Shown piece by piece: positions 7,670-15,291 of a DNA stretch of 64,000 bases. The notes under the pieces were generated by a model that saw only the letters and a list, made by a program, of their open reading frames with translations, was not told where the DNA came from and searched no databases. Origin of the DNA: a virus; IMG/VR virus record IMGVR_UViG_3300047558_000077, positions 108,365 to 172,364 of that record. The stretch is one strand, 5' to 3'. Positions within the stretch are counted from its first letter, which is position 1, and each line of letters starts with the position of its first letter. The position numbers and the translations under genes are program-made.

Positions 7670-8311
7670 ATGATCAATCTCTCCAAGGCCTCTAAAATGC
7701 CTGCTAAGTCCTGGTCGCTTCAAGCGGGTTCGACCTGTCCGGGTTCTATCGATCCCGTTACCAAGCAGCCGCTTCCTGTTTGTGCGGGTTGTTATGCAAA
7801 AGATGGCATGTATAATATGCCAAACGTCAAGTCGGTTCGTGACGCTAATCGAGAAGATTGGAAGCGTGCCGAATGGGTCGATGAAATGGTTGCTTTGCTT
7901 AAAAAGCAAAAGTATTTCCGTTGGTTCGACTCGGGAGACGTTTATCATCCGGCTCTTGCTTTCAAAATCTTTCTGGTTATGCAAAAGACTCCGCATGTGA
8001 AGCATTGGCTTCCTACCAAGTCTTATAACATTCCGAAGATCCGTGCTATTCTTGATCAGATGAAAATGCTTCCGAATGCATCTGTTCGATATTCGTCTCC
8101 GTCTATTACGGGTGAATTTAATAGCGAACATGGCTCCACTGTTATCGCATATGCCGATGATGAAACGACCGCTACGGTCTGTGGTGCTTATTCTCGGAAT
8201 GGCAAGTGTGGCGATTGCCGTGCTTGCTGGGATACGAATGTTAAGGTTGTCGCTTATCCCGCACATGGTCGTCGTATGATGTCCAAAGTCCGTAAAATGA
8301 AAGCAGCCTAA
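7670..8311 (+). CDS. GP88-like (radical-SAM-like) Fe-S protein
   Basis: TCPGS..VCAGCYA, FRWFDSGD, HWLPTK, C-terminal C..CGDCRACW; AAGGA RBS before ATG 7670. Confidence 0.7.
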   Translation: MINLSKASKMPAKSWSLQAGSTCPGSIDPVTKQPLPVCAGCYAKDGMYNMPNVKSVRDANREDWKRAEWVDEMVALLKKQKYFRWFDSGDVYHPALAFKIFLVMQKTPHVKHWLPTKSYNIPKIRAILDQMKMLPNASVRYSSPSITGEFNSEHGSTVIAYADDETTATVCGAYSRNGKCGDCRACWDTNVKVVAYPAHGRRMMSKVRKMKAA

Positions 8312-8322
8312 GGAGGATTAAT

Positions 8323-8529
8323 ATGTCACGCATATCTGATCTGATTATTCAAGCAGAGAACCTCGTTATTGAGGCTATGGGCGTTTCGGGTATTATGACC
8401 GACCGTGATGTTCTCGAATATGTAAATGACCGTATGCCTATTTACGTCGATATGCATTTTGTCGAGAGTGTCCTTGACAAGTATTTCGGCGATGACTGGT
8501 ATGGCGGCGATATTCGCTCTTATAATTGA
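8323..8529 (+). CDS. Hypothetical protein
   Basis: AGGAGG RBS. Confidence 0.65.
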   Translation: MSRISDLIIQAENLVIEAMGVSGIMTDRDVLEYVNDRMPIYVDMHFVESVLDKYFGDDWYGGDIRSYN

Positions 8530-8538
8530 GGTGATGAA

Positions 8539-8781
8539 ATGTCGTGTAGATGGCATTCATTCTATGAAAATGGACGCCTAAGGATTTATCTTTCCCATGA
8601 ATCGCTCGAAGACCTGGAAAATAGTCTTTGTCAAGGTTTCTTTGTAGCATACGGCACTTCGCCGAATGGCGGTCCGTCAGATTGTATCTGGTATGTGCCT
8701 AACACCATAATGCAACAGGAAGGAATTTTCGCTTATGAAAACCCGAGAATATACCAACAAGATTATCGAAATGGTCGATGA
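8539..8781 (+). CDS. Hypothetical protein
   Basis: GAGGTG RBS; operon context. Confidence 0.45.
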   Translation: MSCRWHSFYENGRLRIYLSHESLEDLENSLCQGFFVAYGTSPNGGPSDCIWYVPNTIMQQEGIFAYENPRIYQQDYRNGR

Positions 8782-8953
8782 AGGTCTAATCGATCGGGAT
8801 ATTCTTATTCGTGATCTTCTAAACTATATGTCCGAGTCCGATGTTGAAAACTTTTATGACCAGTATTATGGTTATGAGGACGAGGACGATGAATTGGATG
8901 ATGGTCAGCCGTCGGAAATGGACGAATGGCACGACTATGACCCAGGATGCTGA
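8735..8953 (+). CDS. Acidic hypothetical protein (DGQPSE..EWHDYDP.C tail)
   Basis: Very acidic C-terminus typical of small phage early proteins. Confidence 0.65.
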   Translation: MKTREYTNKIIEMVDEGLIDRDILIRDLLNYMSESDVENFYDQYYGYEDEDDELDDGQPSEMDEWHDYDPGC

Positions 8954-8954
8954 C

Positions 8955-9068
8955 TGTAAACGAGAGAATGTCAACAGTCTACCGACTTTATAGAATATGG
9001 ATGCGTCACCCTGTCGCACCTGTTGACATACCTTTTCGCTTGCAATCTGTCCTTACTTGTGTTATCCT
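8955..9068 (+). promoter_or_regulatory. Repeated early-promoter module, copy 4
   Basis: TGTAAAC..TGTCAACAGTCTAC; TGCGTCA-CCC-TGTCGCA(9002-9018); TGTTGACA(9021-9028); TTGCAA(9040)-17-TATCCT(9063). Confidence 0.8.
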
Positions 9069-9098
9069 TAGTCATCAAATCGAAACAGGAGTTTTAAT

Positions 9099-9641
9099 AT
9101 GCCCCGTACCGCTCAATCTAATGGTATCAAACCCTACCTGCGTGCCCTTGCCGTTATCAAGCTCGGTGTTCCTGTGACCCCGACCGAGATTAACGAGCAT
9201 GTTGGCACCGGTGACTATGCTGCAAAGTATATCTCTTTTCTTCGCAATCGCAACGGCTTCGAGTTTACCATTCAGAAAGATGGTCGCAAGGTCGTTTCTT
9301 ATACCTTGATCAAGGAACCGGCTGATGCCGAGGCCTTGCGTAATCTAATGCCAAAGGCCGCTAAGTCTAAGGCGCCTAAGGTTGCTAAGACTTCTGCTCC
9401 CAAGGTCGTGGTTGCTCCTGCTCCTAAGGCTGCTAAGACTAAAGCGCCTAAGAAGGTTGCGGCTAAGAAGTCTGTTGCCGATATCAAGGCAGCTAATCTT
9501 GCTAAACTCAAGGCAGTTGGTCAGCGTTTCAAGGCTGATCAGGTTCAGGTTCTGACCGAAGCGCCTGCGTCCACTTCGTTTAGCATTGACAACGACTGGG
9601 ACTCGGTCGAAGGTCTTGACCTCAAGAACCTCATTGGATAA
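9099..9641 (+). CDS. Putative winged-helix DNA-binding protein with histone H1-like K/A/P tail
   Basis: N-terminal VTPTEI...YISFLRN.GFEF...VVSYTL (wHTH-like); KAPKVAK/KAAKTKAPKK repeats. Confidence 0.6.
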   Translation: MPRTAQSNGIKPYLRALAVIKLGVPVTPTEINEHVGTGDYAAKYISFLRNRNGFEFTIQKDGRKVVSYTLIKEPADAEALRNLMPKAAKSKAPKVAKTSAPKVVVAPAPKAAKTKAPKKVAAKKSVADIKAANLAKLKAVGQRFKADQVQVLTEAPASTSFSIDNDWDSVEGLDLKNLIG

Positions 9642-9652
9642 GGAGTGCTAAT

Positions 9653-9907
9653 ATGGCATATGTTCGTATTGATATGGACGACATTGAAACAGAGGATTTG
9701 GTCGAGGAACTGGAGGATCGTGGTTATACTATGATTGAGCCTGGTGGTGAACATGAAAATGTAGAAACAATCAAGCGCATGGAAGATGATATCTATAATC
9801 TCTATCGTGATTATGTTCAATGGGCAGGTAATAAGTCGTCTTGTAGTTCCTTCGAGAGTGCCATAAAACGCTTCTTTGAGAAGCATACTAATAAGATTGT
9901 ATCCTAA
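9653..9907 (+). CDS. Hypothetical protein (EDLVEELEDRGY motif)
   Basis: AAGGAG RBS. Confidence 0.65.
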   Translation: MAYVRIDMDDIETEDLVEELEDRGYTMIEPGGEHENVETIKRMEDDIYNLYRDYVQWAGNKSSCSSFESAIKRFFEKHTNKIVS

Positions 9908-9917
9908 GGAGAAACAA

Positions 9918-10280
9918 ATGGCCCGTCTCAAAATCAAATATAAAAATACTCTGGTTTTGCGTGGGTCAAATGTTTATGTGCCTGATCATAGCGTATATGT
10001 CGGTCGTGTCGTAAAGCCACGGCCGTCTTGGCTTTCCAAAGACGAATTTCTTTTCACCACTGGTGATATTGACTCGCCTGTCCGTATTCTTGATAAGAAA
10101 AACATTATTGAGGCGTGGGTGTCACATAAGAATGTTGATGATGGTGTGACACTTGTTCCTGGTGAAAAGCGACCGTATGTTGTGACTCGTGGTCCATTCG
10201 GTCGTTATTCGTGTAACTGTACCGCATATGGCTATCGGCAGCGGTGTTCTCATATTGATGGAGTGAAACATGGGTCTTGA
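9918..10280 (+). CDS. SWIM-type zinc-finger protein
   Basis: C-terminal CNCTAYGYRQRCSH (CxCxnCxH); AAGGAG RBS before ATG 9918. Confidence 0.7.
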   Translation: MARLKIKYKNTLVLRGSNVYVPDHSVYVGRVVKPRPSWLSKDEFLFTTGDIDSPVRILDKKNIIEAWVSHKNVDDGVTLVPGEKRPYVVTRGPFGRYSCNCTAYGYRQRCSHIDGVKHGS

Positions 10281-10701
10281 TATGAATCTTTATGGTGAAA
10301 AGATTATTTGTGGTTCGGAGGCGGCCCCGGAGGCAGCCCTCGAAGATGGATTTCCTCTTTCATCTAAAATTCTTGACTTGGGATATTGGCGTAAACATCC
10401 CAATCTTCATGGTTACATCGTTGATACTTTCGCTGATGGTAAAGACGAATGCCAGCGTATTTATTTGGACGAGAATGAACTCCAAAAGATCATAGAAGCA
10501 TTAGAAAACGATGCTATCTATGATGAACCTGTTACGGGTTTCTTCTTCGGCAAATCTTACTTTCCTGGTGAGAAAGATGAATATAGTTCTTATGAAGAAC
10601 AGAAGTCCCGTGATATAGATATCTTCACAAAGGCACTCAATTGGATTCAGAATAATCCTTCTAAAGAGTGGCGAAATCTGTATTATCAGGCATCGTGGTG
10701 A
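10270..10701 (+). CDS. Conserved phage protein (MGLD...YWRK...GFFFG...YQASW family)
   Basis: Characteristic motifs of a widespread phage family of unknown function. Confidence 0.7.
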   Translation: MGLDMNLYGEKIICGSEAAPEAALEDGFPLSSKILDLGYWRKHPNLHGYIVDTFADGKDECQRIYLDENELQKIIEALENDAIYDEPVTGFFFGKSYFPGEKDEYSSYEEQKSRDIDIFTKALNWIQNNPSKEWRNLYYQASW

Positions 10702-10705
10702 TAAT

Positions 10706-10834
10706 ATGTGGGACATTCACTGGATATGGAACCCTCGACATTGGGCGGTTCATAAAGTAACAAGATTCAATGGCGGCCGCCCCTATGAAAGTTATAGATT
10801 CGGTCCACTGTTTATCAGGAGATTTTGGAAATGA
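10706..10834 (+). CDS. Small Trp/Arg-rich peptide (42 aa)
   Basis: MWDIHWIWNPRHWAVHKVTRFNGGRPYESYRFGPLFIRRFWK fills the gap with overlapping stop/start. Confidence 0.45.
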   Translation: MWDIHWIWNPRHWAVHKVTRFNGGRPYESYRFGPLFIRRFWK

Positions 10835-11244
10835 AAATACACAATGAAAGTTCCTGGCTAAACTGTGATGGCATCGCCATGGCAGAAAAGATGTATAATG
10901 CCAAGTATGTGTTCGAGTCCTGCTTAAAGACGAAAGATGGTGGTTGGTGTAATATGCCAGTCGCTATCTTCTATACTGAAAAGGCCCACCCAGAAGGTTC
11001 AAACTATTTTGGATTGTATCGCACAGACTATGGTGATCTAATGATCACAGACGGTATCTCTGCTACCGAACCATTTGATGCTTTACAGGTAGGTGAAGAT
11101 ATTATCTATTCTCGTTATCGTCACGATTGTCGTGAGTTTAATGGTGCGATGGTTGATGGTGGTCGAGATTACTTCAAGACCAATATGAAGGGCACTCCTG
11201 TCAAACTACAGGTTGTTGGTGATCATTTGGAGGTGGTGAAATGA
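10831..11244 (+). CDS. Conserved phage protein (IYSRYRHD...VDGG motif)
   Basis: AGGAG RBS before ATG 10831. Confidence 0.65.
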   Translation: MKIHNESSWLNCDGIAMAEKMYNAKYVFESCLKTKDGGWCNMPVAIFYTEKAHPEGSNYFGLYRTDYGDLMITDGISATEPFDALQVGEDIIYSRYRHDCREFNGAMVDGGRDYFKTNMKGTPVKLQVVGDHLEVVK

Positions 11245-11459
11245 AGATTAAACATTCAGTTGAATTAGACTTCGATTCTGTTAGTGAATTGATTCGTAAA
11301 AGTCTAATGTATGATTATGAAATCAATAGCAAACCTGATAAATTTGATTGTTCAGATGATGTTATTGAACCGGATCATGAGTTTCTAAGATGTTTAGAAG
11401 TTGTGATTCAGTATTATTGTAGTTGTTCTCAGTTCGAAGAATGGAAAAAGAATAGATAA
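11241..11459 (+). CDS. Hypothetical protein
   Basis: GGAGG RBS; overlapping start. Confidence 0.6.
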   Translation: MKIKHSVELDFDSVSELIRKSLMYDYEINSKPDKFDCSDDVIEPDHEFLRCLEVVIQYYCSCSQFEEWKKNR

Positions 11460-11542
11460 CCGATTATCATGGAGCTCCTGAATCATCGCTAATTATTTGG
11501 CTTCATGATGCCCATGATAGAAACCCTTTAAGGAGAAAGTAA

Positions 11543-11686
11543 ATGAAACTGGCATGGCTTTGCTATCATCTAATAGAGAACACTGGAAAACTGGAATACG
11601 ATAAACCTGAAATTCTGTTCTATGAACCAGACCGTTATCTTTATGATAAGGTTGTTCCAATCGTATATGCGGAGATTGTAGAATGA
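11543..11686 (+). CDS. Small hypothetical protein (47 aa)
   Basis: MKLAWLCYHLIENTGKLEYDKPEILFYEPDRYLYDKVVPIVYAEIVE; AAGGAG RBS; stop overlaps the ligase ATG. Confidence 0.55.
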   Translation: MKLAWLCYHLIENTGKLEYDKPEILFYEPDRYLYDKVVPIVYAEIVE

Positions 11687-12813
11687 AAACCACCCAGAAA
11701 CTTTACAAGATTGACTCCAACGGTAATGCTCGTGTCTGGTGGATGGAGTATGACAATACCAAGTATCGCACTCATTCAGGTATCGATGGTGGCAAGATTG
11801 TAGTTTCTGGTTGGAAGTATCCAGAGGCCAAGAATGTCGGTCGTGCTAATGAAACATCTGTGAAGGAGCAGGTTGAGTTAGAGGTTATTTCTCAACTCAC
11901 TAAAAAGTCCGCACAAGGCAAGTATCACGCCAGCAAGAATACTGCCGCTAAGGGTGCCAAGTTCTATGAATGTATGCTGGCATCAAAGTATGATCCCAAG
12001 AAGCATAAGAACTTTCCCTATTACTCGCAGCCTAAACTAGATGGCATTCGCTGTCTGGTTTCAAAGGACGGTATGCAGTCTCGCAATGGCAAGCCTATTC
12101 TTTCTTGCCCGCATATTCTTGAGGCGCTTGAACCGTTCTTTGACAAGTATCCTGATGTTGTGCTTGACGGTGAACTGTATAATCACGACCTGAAAAACGA
12201 CTTTGAAAAGATTGTGTCTCTTGTTCGCAAGACTAAGCCAACCACCCACGATTATATCGAGGCATCTAAACTGGTTCAGTATCATATCTATGACTGTATG
12301 ACAGACTATGATTTTGCTGGTCGTAATCAGATGATAGCGGATATATTCGAGACATTTGATTCAAAGTATAGAAAAGAGAACGATCCTATTGGTAGAGTGA
12401 ATACTACTGTAGTTGAAAATGAACACGACATTGAAACAATGCTTGGTCATTATCTTGAACAAGGTTACGAAGGTCAAATGCTTCGTGTTCCTAACTCTCT
12501 GTATGAAGGCAAGCGTTCAAAAGGACTTATCAAGCATAAAGAGTTTGAGGATGACGAGTTTGAAATCGTCTCTATTGAAGAAGGCAAAGGTAACTGGGCA
12601 GGTGCTGCCAAGCGTGTTGAAATCCGTTTGAAAGACGGAACGACACAGTTTTCGGGAGTGCGTGGCTCGTTTGACTTTCTGAAAGAACTGCTGTATAATG
12701 CTAATGATTATATCGGTACGGATGTTACCGTGAGATATCAGAACAAAACGGACGATAACAAACTCCGTTTCCCTGTGATCGTTACATTCTGGAAAGGTAA
12801 GCGTGATGTCTAA
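11683..12813 (+). CDS. ATP-dependent DNA ligase
   Basis: Motif I QPKLDGIRC, LDGELY, YHIYD, EGQMLR, KHK, LRFPV. Confidence 0.95.
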   Translation: MKTTQKLYKIDSNGNARVWWMEYDNTKYRTHSGIDGGKIVVSGWKYPEAKNVGRANETSVKEQVELEVISQLTKKSAQGKYHASKNTAAKGAKFYECMLASKYDPKKHKNFPYYSQPKLDGIRCLVSKDGMQSRNGKPILSCPHILEALEPFFDKYPDVVLDGELYNHDLKNDFEKIVSLVRKTKPTTHDYIEASKLVQYHIYDCMTDYDFAGRNQMIADIFETFDSKYRKENDPIGRVNTTVVENEHDIETMLGHYLEQGYEGQMLRVPNSLYEGKRSKGLIKHKEFEDDEFEIVSIEEGKGNWAGAAKRVEIRLKDGTTQFSGVRGSFDFLKELLYNANDYIGTDVTVRYQNKTDDNKLRFPVIVTFWKGKRDV

Positions 12814-13009
12814 GGACATTGTTTACTACAAACTGGTAAAAGAAACCATTCCTCATAATCCTAATGCTTTTGTAACTGCTGCTGTTTGGTCGTGTGTCCT
12901 TTGTGACGAAACTATTAGCGGTCACAGTGGACCTGGTTCTGGTGAGATTTGTGTGCAATGTGCCGTTGATATTCGCTCAAATAAACTAAAATATAAGCGT
13001 GACCTATGA
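12806..13009 (+). CDS. Small zinc-binding protein
   Basis: CVLC...CVQC. Confidence 0.55.
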   Translation: MSKDIVYYKLVKETIPHNPNAFVTAAVWSCVLCDETISGHSGPGSGEICVQCAVDIRSNKLKYKRDL

Positions 13010-13227
13010 CCGAGATTAGAAAGATTGACATTGAACTGGATGAACGTGTGGAGACTGGTCCTCTCCAGTTTGGTGATGACTGGCCCGGCTTATTTATTCG
13101 TGGTGATAATGCCGCTTACTATGCCATGGTGCTTCGTTACCATCTTGATGGTGGTCGTGATGATATCTTTGGTAAAATGGCACTAGAAAGACTCTATAAA
13201 GACCTATCAGGGTGTATAGTGAAATGA
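13006..13227 (+). CDS. Hypothetical protein (RVETGP.QFGDDWPG.FIRGDNA motif)
   Basis: ORF in operon with overlapping start/stop. Confidence 0.65.
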   Translation: MTEIRKIDIELDERVETGPLQFGDDWPGLFIRGDNAAYYAMVLRYHLDGGRDDIFGKMALERLYKDLSGCIVK

Positions 13228-13388
13228 TTACCGACTATATGAGACAGATAGCATATAACGAAGGATATAAAGCATACATCGATAACTTTGATTGTAGGGA
13301 TAATCCATATGAAGGTAATAGTGATGAGTTATATTATATGTGGGATGATGGTTGGTGGGATGCTTTTTACGAGGATGAAGCACGATGA
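13224..13388 (+). CDS. RMF/CrpP-like small protein (54 aa)
   Basis: AYNEGYKA...NPY...WDDGWWDA resembles RMF A-x3-GY-x-A...PY...W-x2-GW-x2-A; not in the ORF track. Confidence 0.6.
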   Translation: MITDYMRQIAYNEGYKAYIDNFDCRDNPYEGNSDELYYMWDDGWWDAFYEDEAR

Positions 13389-13927
13389 ACATTTTCTATA
13401 TCCATACTGACCCTAAAATGTGTGCCGAGTGGGCAGTGGATAGCCATTGTGTAAAAATGATTTTAGAGGCGAGCCAGTTGCTGTCTACCGCACATCGTTT
13501 GCTCGACGGTGTAGAGTATACCGATAAGACTAAGACTGGTCGCAATGTAAAGCGTTGGCGTTTGCCTGATTCCAGAGAAACTGTATTATACTCCGCAACT
13601 CATGTGTCGCACCCATCGGCTGTGTGGGCTCGGGAGAATGCCCGCAACTATGGATGGCTATGGTGTTATCTAGATGAACATTGTAAAGAATACACCTATC
13701 GTTATGGTAAGATTCACAAGGTTGAAGAAAGTGGTCTAAAAGGCACACTTGCTCTTACACCGAATAACATTCCTAATAAAGACTTTACACAACCTCCAAG
13801 TGCGATGGATACTAAATACATCATATCAGAAGATGCGGTAAAGAACTATCGCAACTACTACAAGGTTGGCAAAGCGCATCTTCACAAGTGGCGCAATCGA
13901 CAGCCACCAGCATGGATTATGGAGTGA
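13385..13927 (+). CDS. Pyrimidine-dimer DNA glycosylase / endonuclease V-like protein
   Basis: MNIF...HCVKMILEASQLLSTAH, HPSAVWAR, EYTYRYGKIH, YRNYY motifs. Confidence 0.65.
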   Translation: MNIFYIHTDPKMCAEWAVDSHCVKMILEASQLLSTAHRLLDGVEYTDKTKTGRNVKRWRLPDSRETVLYSATHVSHPSAVWARENARNYGWLWCYLDEHCKEYTYRYGKIHKVEESGLKGTLALTPNNIPNKDFTQPPSAMDTKYIISEDAVKNYRNYYKVGKAHLHKWRNRQPPAWIME

Positions 13928-13929
13928 CA

Positions 13930-14121
13930 ATGCCAACATATAGTTTTCACAACAAAGAAACAGGAGAAGAGTTTGACATTTTCATGTCAATCTCCGAATT
14001 AGACAAGTATCTAGAAGACCATCCTGAGCTTGAAAAGCTATTGTCTGCACCTCATTTTTTAGGCGCTCAAATGAATGGCGGTTTGCTAAATAACAGAACA
14101 TATGATCCAAAGGGTAAGTGA
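13930..14121 (+). CDS. FmdB-like small protein (Cys-less), copy 1
   Basis: MPTYSF.NKETGE motif; GGAG RBS. Confidence 0.65.
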   Translation: MPTYSFHNKETGEEFDIFMSISELDKYLEDHPELEKLLSAPHFLGAQMNGGLLNNRTYDPKGK

Positions 14122-14385
14122 ATGCCATATTATACGTTTCGCAATAAAAAGACTAATGAAGAAATGACTGTCCAGATGACTATGGCAGAACATGATACAT
14201 ATCTAAATGACAAGCCTGATTGGGAACAGGTTATTCGTGCTGTCAACTTTGCTGATCCTGTGACCATAGGCGTCACCAAACCTCCGTCCGATTTTCAGAA
14301 GTATGTGCTTGGTCGTGTCAAAGAAAAGATGCCAGGCGCTACTGCTATTGCTAACAAGCGTTGGGACATTCCCAAGGAGATTTAG
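14122..14385 (+). CDS. FmdB-like small protein (Cys-less), copy 2
   Basis: MPYYTF.NKKTNE motif; C-terminal FQKYVLGRVK. Confidence 0.7.
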   Translation: MPYYTFRNKKTNEEMTVQMTMAEHDTYLNDKPDWEQVIRAVNFADPVTIGVTKPPSDFQKYVLGRVKEKMPGATAIANKRWDIPKEI

Positions 14386-14416
14386 CCTGTCAGAAGATCA
14401 ACCTTCCAGAAAGTTT

Positions 14417-14453
14417 AGAGGTCGTGCCCGTAAAAAGGCATCGACCTCTTTTT
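14417..14453 (+). terminator. Intrinsic terminator
   Basis: AGAGGTCG-TGCC...GGCA-T-CGACCTCT followed by a T-run. Confidence 0.7.
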
Positions 14454-14494
14454 GTTATGATGATGTGACTAACAATAACAAAAAAGGTCAATAT

Positions 14495-15211
14495 ATGTCA
14501 CGTAAGAATAGAAGAAATAGCAAGCAACAAAATCAAAATCAAAACTTTGAGGAGAACAATCATTTTGCTTTGCGTCATATCAATCCACTAACAGTAAACC
14601 AGCAAAGAGTGTGGGACGCATACAATAATGAATCTAATCTCATGTTGCATGGCTATGCCGGTACCGGTAAAACCTTTCTATCAATGTATCTTGCACTAAA
14701 GGAGGTCCTAACCAGCGACATATATAAGAGGGTCGTTATCATCCGCTCAGTTGTTCCATCCAGAGACATGGGTTTTCTACCAGGAACAGAGAAACAAAAA
14801 GCGGAAGTATATGAACAACCCTATCAAGAAATCTGTGACAATCTATTTGGTCGTGGAGATGGATGGCGCATATTGAAACTAAAGAGACTTGTTGAGTTTA
14901 CGACAACATCGTTTCTACGTGGCACTACGTTCAACGATTCTATTATCATTGTTGATGAGTGCAACAATATGAACTTTCAAGAGATTGATACAGTTATGAC
15001 TCGTATTGGTAATAACTCTCGTATCATTTTCTGTGGAGACTATCGCCAGGCAGATTTACATAAACCACATGATAAAACAGGTATCAAAGAGTTGATGGCA
15101 GTTACTCGCCGTATGCCATCATTTGAGCATATTGAATTTGGTATTGAGGACATTGTCCGCTCTGGTGTGGTAAAAGAGTATATCATCCAGAAAACTGAAA
15201 TGGGACTGTGA
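14495..15211 (+). CDS. phoH: PhoH-family ATPase
   Basis: GYAGTGKT P-loop, GFLPG, FLRGTTF, IIVDECNN, GDYRQADL, DIVRSG; true start likely ATG 14495. Confidence 0.95.
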   Translation: MSRKNRRNSKQQNQNQNFEENNHFALRHINPLTVNQQRVWDAYNNESNLMLHGYAGTGKTFLSMYLALKEVLTSDIYKRVVIIRSVVPSRDMGFLPGTEKQKAEVYEQPYQEICDNLFGRGDGWRILKLKRLVEFTTTSFLRGTTFNDSIIIVDECNNMNFQEIDTVMTRIGNNSRIIFCGDYRQADLHKPHDKTGIKELMAVTRRMPSFEHIEFGIEDIVRSGVVKEYIIQKTEMGL

Positions 15212-15218
15212 CTAAATA

Positions 15219-15248
15219 GCAGGTGGGAGTGCAATGCTCCCACCTATT
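15219..15248 (+). terminator. Hairpin after phoH
   Basis: AGGTGGGAG...CTCCCACCT inverted repeat around a GCAA loop. Confidence 0.55.
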
Positions 15249-15251
15249 CAC

Positions 15252-15280
15252 TTGACAATTCAGTAAAGGTGATATATAAT
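15252..15280 (+). promoter_or_regulatory. Consensus sigma70 promoter
   Basis: TTGACA(15252)-17-TATAAT(15275). Confidence 0.8.
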
Positions 15281-15291
15281 GAACACATACC

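Noticed and set aside
4080-9068. CRISPR array or IS ends for the repeated palindromes
   Set aside because: Copies are 0.6-2.8 kb apart, each fused to a promoter; no regular spacers, cas genes or transposase
14303-14494. Long N-terminal extension of PhoH given in the ORF track
   Set aside because: Overlaps the upstream gene and spans an intrinsic terminator; ATG 14495 with an AAGG RBS is more plausible
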